Positions 38,339 through 51,100 are shown, counted from the first letter of the stretch. The stretch: 56,386 nucleotides of DNA from Paraphysomonas bandaiensis (GCA_965644295.1 CBFFRP010000183.1:1-56386); one strand, 5' to 3'. Numbers and translations are program-made. The notes: generated by a model not told the origin, from the letters alone.

Positions 38339-39553
38339 TAATTGAATGTCAGATTATTAAGAAGCGCAAGCTTGTGCGTTGCCGCGACCAACCTAGCAAC
38401 TCGCGCGACACTATGCATAACAACATGACTCTCATCTAGTTACTATTGCATGCACCGACAAGTGCTCAACTATACAACACGATTTAGTTAGCTACATGGA
38501 CATACGACGAGTTGCGTGTTTAAGCCGGATCATACGCTCCTGCCCAATCTACTTGTCCTAACACAAACAACTTGCGGTCGGTGTCGTCGGCATATGTCTC
38601 CTGTATATGCGGCAGATCTTTAGGGCCCTCTTCAAGGTGGTGTTCACAGCAGCAGGTAGTATAGAAGAGGGAGAATAAAGTAGCTCTAGCGCCGGGTCCT
38701 CCCACGGTCACGAAGCGGTCTCACTGGTGCAATTTTGCACACTGACGCATGAAACAGACGTCTACCAAAATCTGTTACAAATTCAAGCTGACTCCAATGT
38801 CTTCCCTCCATTGTGTGCACTCGTCCAGCACATGCATCCACCTTGCACTCTTCTACCGAGTGACTTACACTAGTAGGAAACCGTGCACCTTCCCCGCTCG
38901 GATGAAAACCTACTAAGCAAGAATAACATAAAAGCACCACAAATGTACCTGACACTGCTTGGAGAACAGTGCCAGAGCCTTGATATAATCTCAATGACCT
39001 GGGTCAGGAGAAACCAAGACTAGGCAGTAGACGTGTGAGAAGACATGACAGGTCTAATCACATCATTGCCATTGCTATGCATCCATGAGGAAAGTTTGAC
39101 GCATTACCTCGGTCATTGGCCACACAGATACCGAATAATGTGAACTCATACTCAGCATCAATCACTAAAAGCAAACGCAGTGAGCAAGCAGAATGTTGAT
39201 ATACCTGACATCTGCTGACTTCAGGTTTTTTGAGTTCTTAAGGTGAACATCCCGGATGCTTAACTTCAGCAGGCAGCCCAATACCCCGGTTACCCTTCTG
39301 GTGGGCCCTGTCCCGGATGCCCTTGAGGTGGGCCCATTCCCGGACGCCTGTTTATTCGTCAGGGCCCAAAGACGTCTACACAAGTGACCCTTATTAGTGT
39401 CCCTTGTACCACACAAGCATTTGGCTATGAGTGGGCAGAACAATATATCTGCTGACTATATATATGCGGCTCACGTTAGTTTCCCGGAGAAATATCTCCG
39501 GTACTTATCCCCCAGAACACCACGAAAAGGTGCGAGTCTGACTTTGTTGAGGG
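38339..39553 (-). mobile_element. Non-autonomous non-LTR element with a 15-bp TSD
   Basis: ATTCTGAGCAAAGTA at 38324-38338 and 39554-39568. 39160-39553 is homologous to 45490-45845. An internal TLFSLF..YADDT RT-like remnant is present. Confidence 0.8.
39470..39553 (-). ncRNA. Candidate HDV-like ribozyme fold at the element 5' end
   Basis: CCCUCAAC..CUCGC ACC UUUUCGU GGU GUUCUGGGGG..CCGGAGA uauu UCUCCGG GAAA CUAA C GUGAG follows the order P1-P2-P3-L3-P3'-P1'-P4-J4/2-P2'. L3, P1.1 and the 5' nucleotide are non-canonical. Confidence 0.4.
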
Positions 39554-40939
39554 ATTCTGAGCAAAGTAATATCAGCTCTACGTTTCGATTAAGACTCTGA
39601 TTTTCTTTTTTTAAGTGTCAAGTTCTTTCACTTGTTGCTCTTTACAGCGTATCTTCTGCCTTTTTTATTCTTTTCCTTTCTGCTTTATAGTTGTTGCTGT
39701 ATTGAAACCATTATACGAATATTTTCTTCATCCACATGTATTCTATAATGAACTTAAGATCTCCAGCAGCCATCTCCGCTTTGTTGTAGATGTAACAAGA
39801 AGACCCCAATAAAGCTGAATAATGAGTGCAATATATTAGGTATCCTACATATATGACATGAGTGAACACTGCTTGCTGTGACCTACAGCACCCTAACATG
39901 GGGTGCCAGCAACCAACAAGCTAGTCAAGGGTATTTGCAACATTAATCATTGTACAACGCACAAGAAGGAAGCCCAGAAAGTGCCAAAGCTCTTTCTACC
40001 ATATAAATAGCGCTTATCTTCCATTCGATAAGTCGGTTCCGGCACTGATATAAGCTGACTCGGATGGTGACAAGGTAGCATATCCACATAATTTCTACGG
40101 ACGGCAGCGGTGCACTTAAATCTAATCAAATTGGTTGATATGGCCTATCAATGCCCTCCATCCATCGATATGGCATATTATTTTGGCGCATTTCAAATTT
40201 CTGGTGAATGTATGACCTGATGTGCACTGTGTGGACTCCTCCTCCCTATGGACAAATACTGACCGGCACAGAATCCAAGCCACAGAGATGATACGTGACC
40301 CTCCCACACCCTCTCACCTCTCCAAACACTTTGTCTGCAGAAGTAAGTCGAATATAGAGTCTCAGTAGTGGTTAATGTATCCCACTGCTCTGCATATAAT
40401 AGCAATCAATAGCCATCCTGAGGACACAGGGCTCCTCTGTCTAATCACTCGAGGCACAGGATGTGATGGTAAAAATGGCTGCATATATATAATGTTGACA
40501 TACTTCATATTGTAAAGATAGCGTATATGTGTCTGATTGTATTGGTGCATGTTGTGGTTAGTTGTGGTGTTGGAATTAATGTGTCATGTATGTATCTGCA
40601 TATCAGTTCAAGGGGGGGTGGGAAAATGGATGAGAAAATGGGGGGGCCGATTTTCTTTTGTTATAATAGGAAATATAAAATATACATATTTTCAATGATT
40701 ATTTTAGAGTTTTTGGGTATATGGGCACGTTGCTATGGATAGCTATTGTTGCCGTATGCATCTTATTTTTCGGAAATATGTTGAAGCAAAACCCTTCTAT
40801 ATTACTGCAGTACAACTACGTCTGGAATACAGATAATTGTTGTCTCAAAATTAGAGGCATCTTGGAACAAAAATATACGAAGGATGCCGATACGGCTCAG
40901 GACACTATTCTCTAACTCTGCTCTAGAATGCATTAAGAA

Positions 40940-41189
40940 GATAGTGAACAAGGTTGCCACAGAGTGCCTGTAGAGTTGCATGAACATTGTTGTCTAATAT
41001 TGTTTAGAGTTTCTTCGGAGTGTAGAGGAGATACTATTATATTCTATATTATCTTAATAACACTCAGTTCTATATATTGCAGTACAGGTCATTAATGGGA
41101 TACCATTAATGGTAGTCCAGTTACCGGCAATTATAATGACATTAATTTAAAATGTCCCAGCAGTTACCATTAATGGTTACCAGGCCCTG
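40940..41189. mobile_element. Partial copy of the 20461-21167 hAT-type family
   Basis: TTGTTTAGAGTTTCTTCGGAGT..GATACTAT and terminal GGTTACCAGGCCCTG are shared. Confidence 0.75.
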
Positions 41190-41700
41190 TCTCACTATAT
41201 AATATGTTGTGGATGACATCTTCATCGCATGTGCTGACCTTAACATTTTTACAGAAATAAAAGCAAAATTCTGCGAACGTTTTGACATGACAGATAAGGG
41301 AGCAGTTGGACATTTTCTGAATGTTCGCCTCACTCGAATTTAGGATTTCATTCAAATGGGTCTGTTCGCCTCACTCGAAGTCAGGATTTCTTTCAGCTGG
41401 ATCTGAAAATGTCCAACTGCTCCCATATCTGTCATGTCGAAACGTTCGCAGAATTTTGCTTTTATTTCTGTAAAAATGTTAACGTCAGCACATGCGATGA
41501 CGATGTCATCCACATATATAGTGAGATAGATACATTTTATGACCTTTATATACAGCATGATACATGAAGTAGGGTTCTGACACACACGGTCGCAATCCAG
41601 TAATTTGATGAACTTATTTTCTACTATGATCTTTGTGAACTACGGGGTCCATATAAAGATTTCTTTAGTTTAAAACAATGTCCAGGTGGAAGTTGACAAT
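41190..41700 (-). mobile_element. Copia RT (RVT_2) fragment with a fold-back duplication
   Basis: PPGHCFKLKKSLYG and IYVDDIVIAC..FDMTDMG on the minus strand. 41190-41316 is an inverted copy of 41405-41526. Confidence 0.85.
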
Positions 41701-42737
41701 CTCATAGTACGATTAACAAGAGTACAACTGTAAACTGCTGTAATTTAAATACCTTATAACTACAGCTTTCAATTGCTCTCATATAGCAGAACTCAACAAA
41801 TATCATCAATCATAGTTTTCATCATTATTCTTCATTGCTAGTCTTTATTATACCGGTATACATCTGTTATCTCTAATTCTGTTTCTGTTATATCAATTCA
41901 TAATATATATATAGTAAGCCTATCATACATACATAATATTATTCAGTAGATCTTGATTCATTGGGCCAATAATAATAGTTGTATCATTTCGAGCATACAA
42001 TATGTACAAGCATAAACAGAGCGCTCATAGTATATATTACCCGATAGCTGCTTATTACACATATCGCACACTCTACAGCTCTACAGTACTCAACTCACTG
42101 TGTGCATGTGTGCCCTGTTACACTTGTTTAGACAGCAATTAACTGTTGTACTAAACGTCATACTTAGCGGTGTATATCAGCGACATGCTTTATTAATATA
42201 TATACGCCGTTTACATAGTAGAAGCTGGCGATTGACACACATCAGGGCTGCGTAACAATTAATTGCAATTAAGTTTCAATTATTACCTATAGCTTGCGCA
42301 ATTATAATTGCAATTAATTGCAATATTATTGTGCCTATTATTGTCTAATTAACTTAGTTACTCATTACAAGCACGTATAGCATCTTCAACCGTACTTGCA
42401 TTCCACAGAAATCTATTAAAGCGCAAGAACATAAGGTCAAGAGTAAAGACACATAATCGACCGTACAAAGAACACAGTACTTCTCTTAATGTAAAGATAT
42501 TTATAATGAGAGGACAACCTCTTCCCACCATTTGAATAACCGTTATAACAGCCATTAAAGGTGATGGCCATTACAAGGGCAATAAATGGCTATTGACCTT
42601 AATGTTTTCCAAGTTCTAATTCTAATATTATGTCCTAATACATCATTATTTCGAAAGTCTAACAATAGATAATCCAAATGGATACTGGCAACTAACAAAA
42701 TAGAACAAGGAAGCAGTCGTCATATATAACAAGGCCT

Positions 42738-44154
42738 CTACTTTTTTTTTTTATCTTCAACTTCAGCTTCAGAGGAACCATCAATCAAATTTCTCCCCAA
42801 GAGAGCGTCTTTGGCTTTCTTCGCTCTAGTGTTAGCTGCGTCTTCATCATATGCATATAGACCGCTTAAATCTTTTAATACAACGGCAACTGATAAAGAC
42901 GCTCCGAGACACATAGGAACAAGATAAAGCAGTGCAGGCTAAAAGACATGTAAGAAATCATCGTTAAAAACGAGGGGATGTCACGCGACGTGTATAGATA
43001 CATCAACATCACTGCACTGACACGAATCAACACTGGGTGTGTAGCACAAAGCAGTCAGTCTTATCAAAAGAGCATCAATGCGATCTATTGTACACACTAT
43101 ACCTGAGCAGCGTTGAAAAAATACATCACAAATACAGTAGACATCAGGCCAAAAGCGTAGGCCGCTATACTTGTCATGAAGTACGGTTTTGGAAATGCCT
43201 TGCACTCCGCGTTAACAGGGGCCACTGTGGCTCTTGTGGCATCGTAGCGTATTAGTAAGGCAATAAACAGACCAGGAACTACAATATCTCCCAAGCCAAG
43301 AAGACTAAATTCACCCTTGGAGCTAAGACTAGGTAGGACCTGTAATACCGAATACAGGTCAGAAATGGGAGTGGAATAGGTATAACGTCAGCAGTTACCC
43401 GTGGAAATAATAGTTTAATCGGCCCATCAAATGACTTGGCAACAGTTACCATAACATCAGTGCCAAATACCCAAAAAATATCATAAAAAAACAACCCGAT
43501 GAGAAGAATAGCTCCGATTTTGTATGAACCCAGTGATACACGTTCAATAGCCTGAACACAAAACGATATTCCCAGAACGTTGTTAAGTATGTAGTGCTTA
43601 GTTTGAACATAAAAGTAACAGAATATCATAGATAAAAACATACAAAAGATTTCTGCTTTGGTCATGGTGGCATCCACTTCGCCAAGAACTGGAACGGTTC
43701 GCTTGAATCCATATTTGGAAGTACCCTTGATAACAACAGAGACTGCGGGGGAAAATGTACTTGTCAAAGTAAAAACACCAACCAATGAGAAGTAGCATGC
43801 CAAAATTATATTGACCATATCTTTATCAAGGTATTTAAACGCCGAATACAAACCAAATAGAGATACAGACCCTATGATGGGAAATTTGTATGCATCCTTT
43901 TCGGACAAAGTTTCCTTTTCTTCTAACGGAATAGCATCATGATCAAGAAGGCGAAGTGAGCGATGGCAACCAAGGAATATAATCAATGTTGAGGTTGCAA
44001 TTAGGTTGATAGAAACTGGGATGACAATGAAATAAGACGCGGCCCAAAAGCTGAACAGAGCAATAAACGATGCATTGTACATAATCGTGCCATTAGCATA
44101 ACTCTTGTATACGACCTGCTCGTTTAAATTACTGTCAGTGTCACAAGGTGCCAT
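42738..44154 (-). CDS. HM13: Signal peptide peptidase (A22B intramembrane aspartyl protease), 3 exons
   Basis: Exons 44154-43399, 43339-43103 and 42938-42738 join in frame. YD (FYDIFWVF), LGLGD and QPALLYLVP motifs; C-terminal DKKKK* ER-retrieval signal. Confidence 0.96.
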
Positions 44155-45300
44155 TATAAACGTTTACTGAATCCGTGGTTCAGGAGTGTGGCTCCTCTGA
44201 TGTGTTATTCATATGATGGTGATCATGTGGACCACACTCTGTACACATCACATCAGCACATCAGTGCGGGTATGTGGTATGGTATGCGGAATACAGTGGC
44301 GTACGGCTCGACACAACTGTTTTTGTGGACCGTATACATATATTAGGATATATAGATATATTGAAGTGAGATCGCGATATATCGCGAGTGGATTGACATT
44401 TTTTTCTCTCTTGGAAGTGTTGCGATATGGTCATATACCATATAGTATTCATGGGGTATTCTACCTCAACTCTTTAGATCTTCTTTGCTGCTATCTCAGA
44501 GTCTCTAGTGGACTCTTTTGAGCTTAATAAAATACAATTGCTTACATTTTGCCATAATTGAAAATGGTTTTGTTCGTTTAATGAGATTTTTCCTTTCATC
44601 ACTGCCATTTTCAAGTCTCATGAGAAAATCCCTCGCATGGTGCCGAAACAATTATTCCAGCACCCACAATCCCTCGTCCTGATGCCGTTGCATTCGGAGA
44701 CATGACATATTCACAGTTCAGGGGAAACATGTTGTCATTAGGATTTAACTCCGATAAACATTTGAATGAGTTGCAGGACTGTGCCGTGGAATATTTCTGA
44801 CAGAATTGCACGCCAATACTAACTGGTCCGGTGGAGACGATGTTCAGAGCTTCTGGTCTCTGTAATGTCAACCCTTTCTATGTCTTGTGAAAGCAATTGA
44901 ATCTGGTTATTCATTGAATTTGGTTTTTCGTCAAGTTAATTGACTGGCACATCAGCGGAGCAGATGTTTTCCTATACCCTGATGCAATTCAAAGCAAATA
45001 GTAGGGTCCAGACCAATATGTCCCACAGTGTATGCTGCCAGAGATTCATGTCAAGGTAAGACTCCTAAACAACATTTTCGAAATAAGCGATTCTTGGTAT
45101 TATACTATTAGGCCTTATTCTTAATAATAATCAATCTGTACCTTTAAACAATGAAAAGTGTATCTTTCATTAAACGCCAAGACTAGCTATAAATCTCATT
45201 TCACGCGCAAGGATATCAAACTTGACTGTGAGGCAAATCGGAGGAAGGGAGGGTCATGTAAGGAACGAGGTCTAATGCTTCCAACATATTGAAAGTCTTA

Positions 45301-45845
45301 TTATTAGCAATAGGCGTTAAGACTCAGCACCAGTTTAGTAGATAGAAGAAAACTAGCCAAGCTAGATAGACGTCTACCTGTAACTAGCTAGTACAAACTC
45401 TATTTTCCTACTATTTAACGCTACAGAGGCTGCTTGTGCGTCGCCGCAAGCACGCAAGCTCCAAGGTGCATCGCACTGCCTCCGCTCTATCGCTCAAAGG
45501 AAACGCCGTGAGCAAGCAGAATGTTGGTATAACTGCCGACTTTAGAATGTTTGAGTCCTTAAGGTGACAGACAGGGTGCTTGAATTCAGCAGGCAATCAA
45601 TTACCCCGGATGCCGTGGAGGTGGGCCCATTACCGGATGTCTGTTTATTCTCCAAGGCCCAAAGATGTCTGCACAAGTTGACACTTATATTAGTGTCCCT
45701 TGTACCACACAAGCATTTGACTATGAGTGGGCAGAAAATTATCTGGTGACTATATATGCGGCTCATGTTAGTTTCCCGGAGAAATATCTCCGGTACTTAA
45801 CCCCCATAACCCCACGAAAAGGTGCGACTCCGACTTTGTTGAGGG
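45301..45845 (-). mobile_element. ~545-bp SINE-like element: structured 5' module plus LINE 3' UTR
   Basis: 45301-45470 matches LINE 3' UTR 25436-25600. 45490-45845 matches 39160-39553, and homology stops at the same 5' nucleotide (CCCTCAAC). No TSD seen. Confidence 0.85.
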
Positions 45846-45967
45846 TACAACTACTGATGCTTCCATAATGTACGATATACAGAATTACTTGGCAGTGTAA
45901 TGTATTAACACTAAAGGATAGGAAACTACAGCTATGCCTACATATGACATATGTATATAGTTTCGAG

Positions 45968-46165
45968 CAGGGCCTGGTAATCATTATTCATAAAAATGCT
46001 ATTTTTCTCCAAAGTTGAAAGAAGCTACAGTACACAACAAAGCAAAGTAATATTATACTCTGTATTTATACCATACAGCATACCATTAATGGCCATTATA
46101 ATTGCCGGGACATTTTTCATTAATGCCATTATAATTGCCGGGAACTGGACTACCATTAATGGGCC
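45968..46165. mobile_element. Inverted terminal fragment of the 20461-21167 hAT-type family
   Basis: CAGGGCCTGGTAA terminus and CCATTATAATTGCCGGGA subterminal repeats. Confidence 0.7.
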
Positions 46166-46455
46166 ATTTCTTTCTAGCTATAAGCTATAACTTTGTTGAG
46201 AACAGGTGTATAATAACTTCCTTTCTAGCTCAAAGGCTTTGAGTTTTCTTAGCAAGAGCAAATCGTTCAGTGTCCGGCAAAAAATAAGATTTCGAGACAT
46301 CAATTACGAGATAGAAACAGAGTGAAATCGAATACATCATCTTAAGTTCATAAATAAGTGAACAATAGACCAACTCTTCAGCAATCAAAACTATTCTTAA
46401 CGACAAATAGAATCAAATATTTCATTCGTATACGTTTTCACGGAACAATTTATAT

Positions 46456-47843
46456 CTAATTATTTTTTACTACCTCAGGCGAAGGCGAAACTATATTACT
46501 CTTTACTAGAACCTCAACCGTAGGTGTTTCTGGCTGCACTTCTGGTTTACGTTGAACATCGACCTCGCTTCTAGCAGATGAATTAACTGTTGAATATATC
46601 TTAAGTTGGCGTTCATCACTTGCTGCTAAGTCAGTGACAGGATTCGCTACTTCTTCACTATCAGCCGCGGAATCAAATTTTGTCCCCAACTCAACTTCGA
46701 TCGTACTAGGCTGTATTGTTTTGTTCTCGGCAGCACGCTCATTACCAGTTCTTACAACAATTGCTTGGTCTACATTCCGATTGTTAGCTGGACTAATACT
46801 ATGGGCTGAAGACGAAACGGCTGAAATTTTTGCAATGGGACCATCAGTACTATCTGCTGAGTCGTTTGTGGGATTTTCAACCTTAACCTCAATGCTTGTT
46901 TCAGATTCTTGCTTGCCATCTTTACCACCTGACGGCATAGTCGGCAATTTATCCTCAGCTTTCTCCGTAATTTGTAGAGGGGCAACATTAGAAACTTTAG
47001 GCTGGCCTGGTTGTGGTTTACTCAGCAGCTTGTTGGCTGGAAGAGCTCTGGTTACAAGTGGTCCTCGAGTAACAAGAGGTTTATCCGGGAGAGTCCTCAT
47101 GATGCTCGGAAAAGGGGGAATTTCGTCAATATTGTGAAGTTTCTTTAAGTGAGACTTCAAAGAAGTTTTACTACTCAATCCCTTGCCGCATGTCGTGCAA
47201 TGGAACTGAGATAAAACAATCACATGTTGAAATCATAAGTGACGCTTTCTCACCTTGTACTCTTTGCCTTGCTGTTGCGGCCTCGATGACGAATTCTTAG
47301 AAGATGAGCCATAATTACCACCCGTACAGTCAACTTGAGACATACCACACACAGAATATCGGCCAGAGAAGCTACAATGACTATTACGGAATAGCAATCT
47401 CATATTCAACATATCACCTCGCCACGGGAGTCACAGCTTCTGTGGGCGGCCCTTCATCCTGCCGTAGATCACGCATCTCATTATGTAGCCGCTTGCGTGA
47501 CGACTGTTCAGATACGCTGCATGCACCCTGTCTGGTATTAAATATCAACTGCATTGGTGAAAATGGGACGCACCGGCTCCGTGGTCGAATCCTTTCCCGG
47601 AGATTCTCCGTAGGCAACGTAGTTCCAAAGAGCAGAACAATTCAAAGGGTACAATTTCAGACCATTATCGTTCATGATTGTGCTAATTTGATCCCAGTCG
47701 AATTCCCATGCATCTGGGTTCTTATGTTGCCACGCCCTTATCGCCTGGCATAGAGCAGATGCCTGAAGAAATAGGTCATATTTAAATATCTGCAAATCAA
47801 AGCATACATGAGTGCTAATATCTTGATTCCAATCAAGCGACAT
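46456..47843 (-). CDS. Myb/SANT-like plus C2H2 zinc-finger protein, spliced
   Basis: DWDQIS..CSALWNYVAYG helix pattern; FHCTTCGKGLSSKTSLKSHLKKLH C2H2 finger; disordered tail. Exon boundaries not fully resolved. Confidence 0.7.
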
Positions 47844-48129
47844 TGCAAAGCTTGAAAGCGGTCTCTCAATACAAAATATATCAATCGTTGTCCATCACTG
47901 CCAAACAAGTGATAGATTTAGTCATCATACACCTACACATGCGATGTACATATTTATGTATAGGTGTATGCTTGGTATACAGTCAGATACATACAGCAGT
48001 ATACAGTATATACAGTGTATTCATTCACACTTTCCAGTTTCTCTATTCTTTCACAGCAGTCTGAGGTGTGTTGAGGGTTGATCTCCAGCCCTTCTTCATT
48101 ACGCACATTCTATAAAGAGAATAAGCGTG

Positions 48130-51100
48130 ATGGTTCCATATCTATTGGGGTTTTTATTTTTCTCGATTGTTTCGGCTGAACAAGATTCATATGTCGTCAC
48201 AAAGTACGATACTGTTGTTGGCGAGTCTTTGCTTGGGGGTAAGTATGAACAGTTGAATACATTGAACCTGGGGGACGATGATGTCACCAGGCTATCTCTG
48301 CCGTGGCAGTTTCCTTTTTTCTCTGATAAGTACTCTTATGGGTACTTAAGTAGTAATGGAGTATTATCATTCTCGAATGAGTTTGTTCCTGTTGGAATTT
48401 CATCTTCGCAAAATGAGAAGGAAGATGACGTTCATATAGCTGATGTAACATCCAGAATTTACAACGTTGTGTTACATCGACACACGTTGTCCAAACATAC
48501 GTATTCTCTTGCAGAGAACATTCGTAAAAATCACAACAACCGTGGTTGGCGTGGATTCAGCGGATATATACACAAGATTTTTCCGAGACTGCGTATGCTT
48601 ACGGTGAAGGATCCCAGCCCGGACGCACTCCACTATCTTCGATCAAACGAGCACGTTCTCTCAGTTCATGAAGAAAGAAAACTGACTGTCGAAGATAGGA
48701 GCTATCTGCGCTCCAAAAGGAAACTAACTTCAGATCCCTACTCATGGGGTTTGGATAGGATTGATCAAGATGATCTTCCACTTGATGAGGCCACATATAC
48801 CCCTCCATTAGAAACCAAGAAGGGTGCTAATGTGGATGTGTACGTATTAGACACTGGAATCGCCACTACACACGTTGAGTTTGAGAGCCTTCCTGGATAT
48901 GAGAGAGAGGTGAAAAATGTATGGGACGGATATATATCTGATGTCACTAGCCCTGATGCAGACAATGATGCTCATGGTATGTAGCAATGCAGTGAAGGAA
49001 TTGCCTGATAGCTTATTGTTTCTTTTTGTAGGACATGGGTCTCATTGCGCTGGAACTATCGGAGGGGTAAATGTGGGTGTCGCACCAGCTGCAAATATTT
49101 ATGGAATGAAAGTGCTATCCGACTCTGGCTCGGGATCTACGTCAACAATAATCGATGCACTGGAATATGTAATGGAACAAAGAAAAGCAAATACCACGCG
49201 TGGAATCGTGGTTTCTATGTCTCTTGGAGGATCTTGCTCAGCGGACTGTGAAAATGATGCCATTGTAGGGTATTCCTGCCAATTGTACATCTTATTGTGG
49301 TGTCATCATAGTAAACATGCCCTATCCGTATTGTATTGTAATCTACTGTTATTATGACAGGTCATTGCAGTGAATGAGTTAAGTCGGTATTCTATCACGA
49401 CGGTTGTTGCTGCAGGGAATGACGCCACGGATGCATGTACTAAAACCCCAGCCGCGGCCCAGACCGCCATAACTGTGGGGTCTACTACTAGCTTAGACGC
49501 CATGTCTTCGTTTTCAAATTACGATGTATGCGTCGATGTGTTTGCCCCGGGATCTAGCATACGAAGCGTGTGCTCAACCTGCTCTAGCCGGTCCTCATAC
49601 ACTCTTTTGTCGGGGACATCAATGGCGTGCCCACATGTTGCGGGTACTGTGGCACTCTGGCTGGCGATGACTTCTTCAGAATATATAATGGATCCTCCAT
49701 CTGCAGGACAGCTAGCAACTGCGGTTCAATGTACTGGAGCTTGGAACAAGCTCTCTTCTTTGGCGGGCAATTCTTATGATATCCTACTTCAGGTTCCACC
49801 GAAGGTTTCCAGCCTAACTGAAAGTTATGATTCTTGTGATCTCTTGTCAAATAACTGTGCAATTGGGAGCGGGGGTGCAATATGCTCTGGTCATGGAATT
49901 TGTTTTGATGATGGGGCCTGTCGCTGTGATACATTTTATGACGGTAATGACTGCAGCGAATATCTGAACAACTGTAGTCCAGAGTGTGGTGATCATGGAC
50001 GGTGCGTATTTGGGTGGTGCGATTGTGAGAGCGGTTGGTTCGGGACTCAATGTACTATGCCGTGTGTAGTAGACGGAATCGAGTGCTCTGGCCATGGCAT
50101 GTGCAGCAATACGGGATGTGCATGCGATGTCGAGTGGGGAGGGGACAGGTGCGATATTACTTGTGAAACGGTTGACGGAGAGGTGTGTTCAGGACAGGGT
50201 GTTTGTCGAGGGGGCAGTTGTTTGTGTGATAGTAAGTACACCGGGACAAACTGTGAAGAAGATTATTTTGACTACCTGTCTGATAGCTACTGCTGTGTTG
50301 GTAGTACTCTGGATGCTACTCATGATCCCCCCTTTGACGCGATCGCATTTTTCTGGACCGATCTAAACCCATCCTCTTCCTCCAGTGGCAATGTTTATGC
50401 AGGGTCCACTGATGATAATACTTTCGCAGTCGTGTTTGATGGTATTGTGCCGTATGGTGCATCGTACACGAGTTGTCTCCTGACGTTGGAATTGATTCTT
50501 TATGATACTGGAAACTTCGATATTGCTCTGGTATCGAACCGTATTGCACATGACCCATCATGCAGTCAGCATATGATATCGATGGGTATAAAGTCAGCTT
50601 ATCAGAATGGTAAACTACAATATGAACAGACAGAAGGTCCTGCGTATTATGGTCTTCCTCAATCCGCTTTGTACAGTTATAGACGTATTCTAACGATTCC
50701 CCCATCATCTTTTCCCACCATCTTTCCCACAGTTTCTTCGAAACCAACAATAGAGGTGACTAGCTCCTGCTTTCATGGAATCGATGACGAGATGATAGAT
50801 CTCGTTTCGGGAGAGCCTTTGACTTCGACCTGGGTAGAAATTGGTTTTGTAACTGTGGATGATCAGGCATGGGTTTCTGTGGTCACCTCTCTATCTACAT
50901 TCTCTGATGCTAGTGTGTTCATAAGCCTTCCCGATGTTCCTGGAGATACATCAAGTGAGGGCTATCCTGTAATTCCTCGGGTTCGCAATGTGGAGGTATC
51001 ATCCGGTCATGTCTCGTTTGAGGCTCGTCTGTATCAGGCCAACGATAGTTTGTGTTCCAAAGAGTGGCATATTCCTGAACCGGTGTCTCCAGCCCCATTG

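Noticed and set aside
39478-39510. Hammerhead ribozyme (hairpin followed by GAAAC)
   Set aside because: No CUGANGA core 5' of the hairpin; the HDV-like topology fits better.
42242-42345. CAGGG-starting AT-rich palindromic stretch (possible hAT/MITE end)
   Set aside because: No partner TIR or TSD identified.
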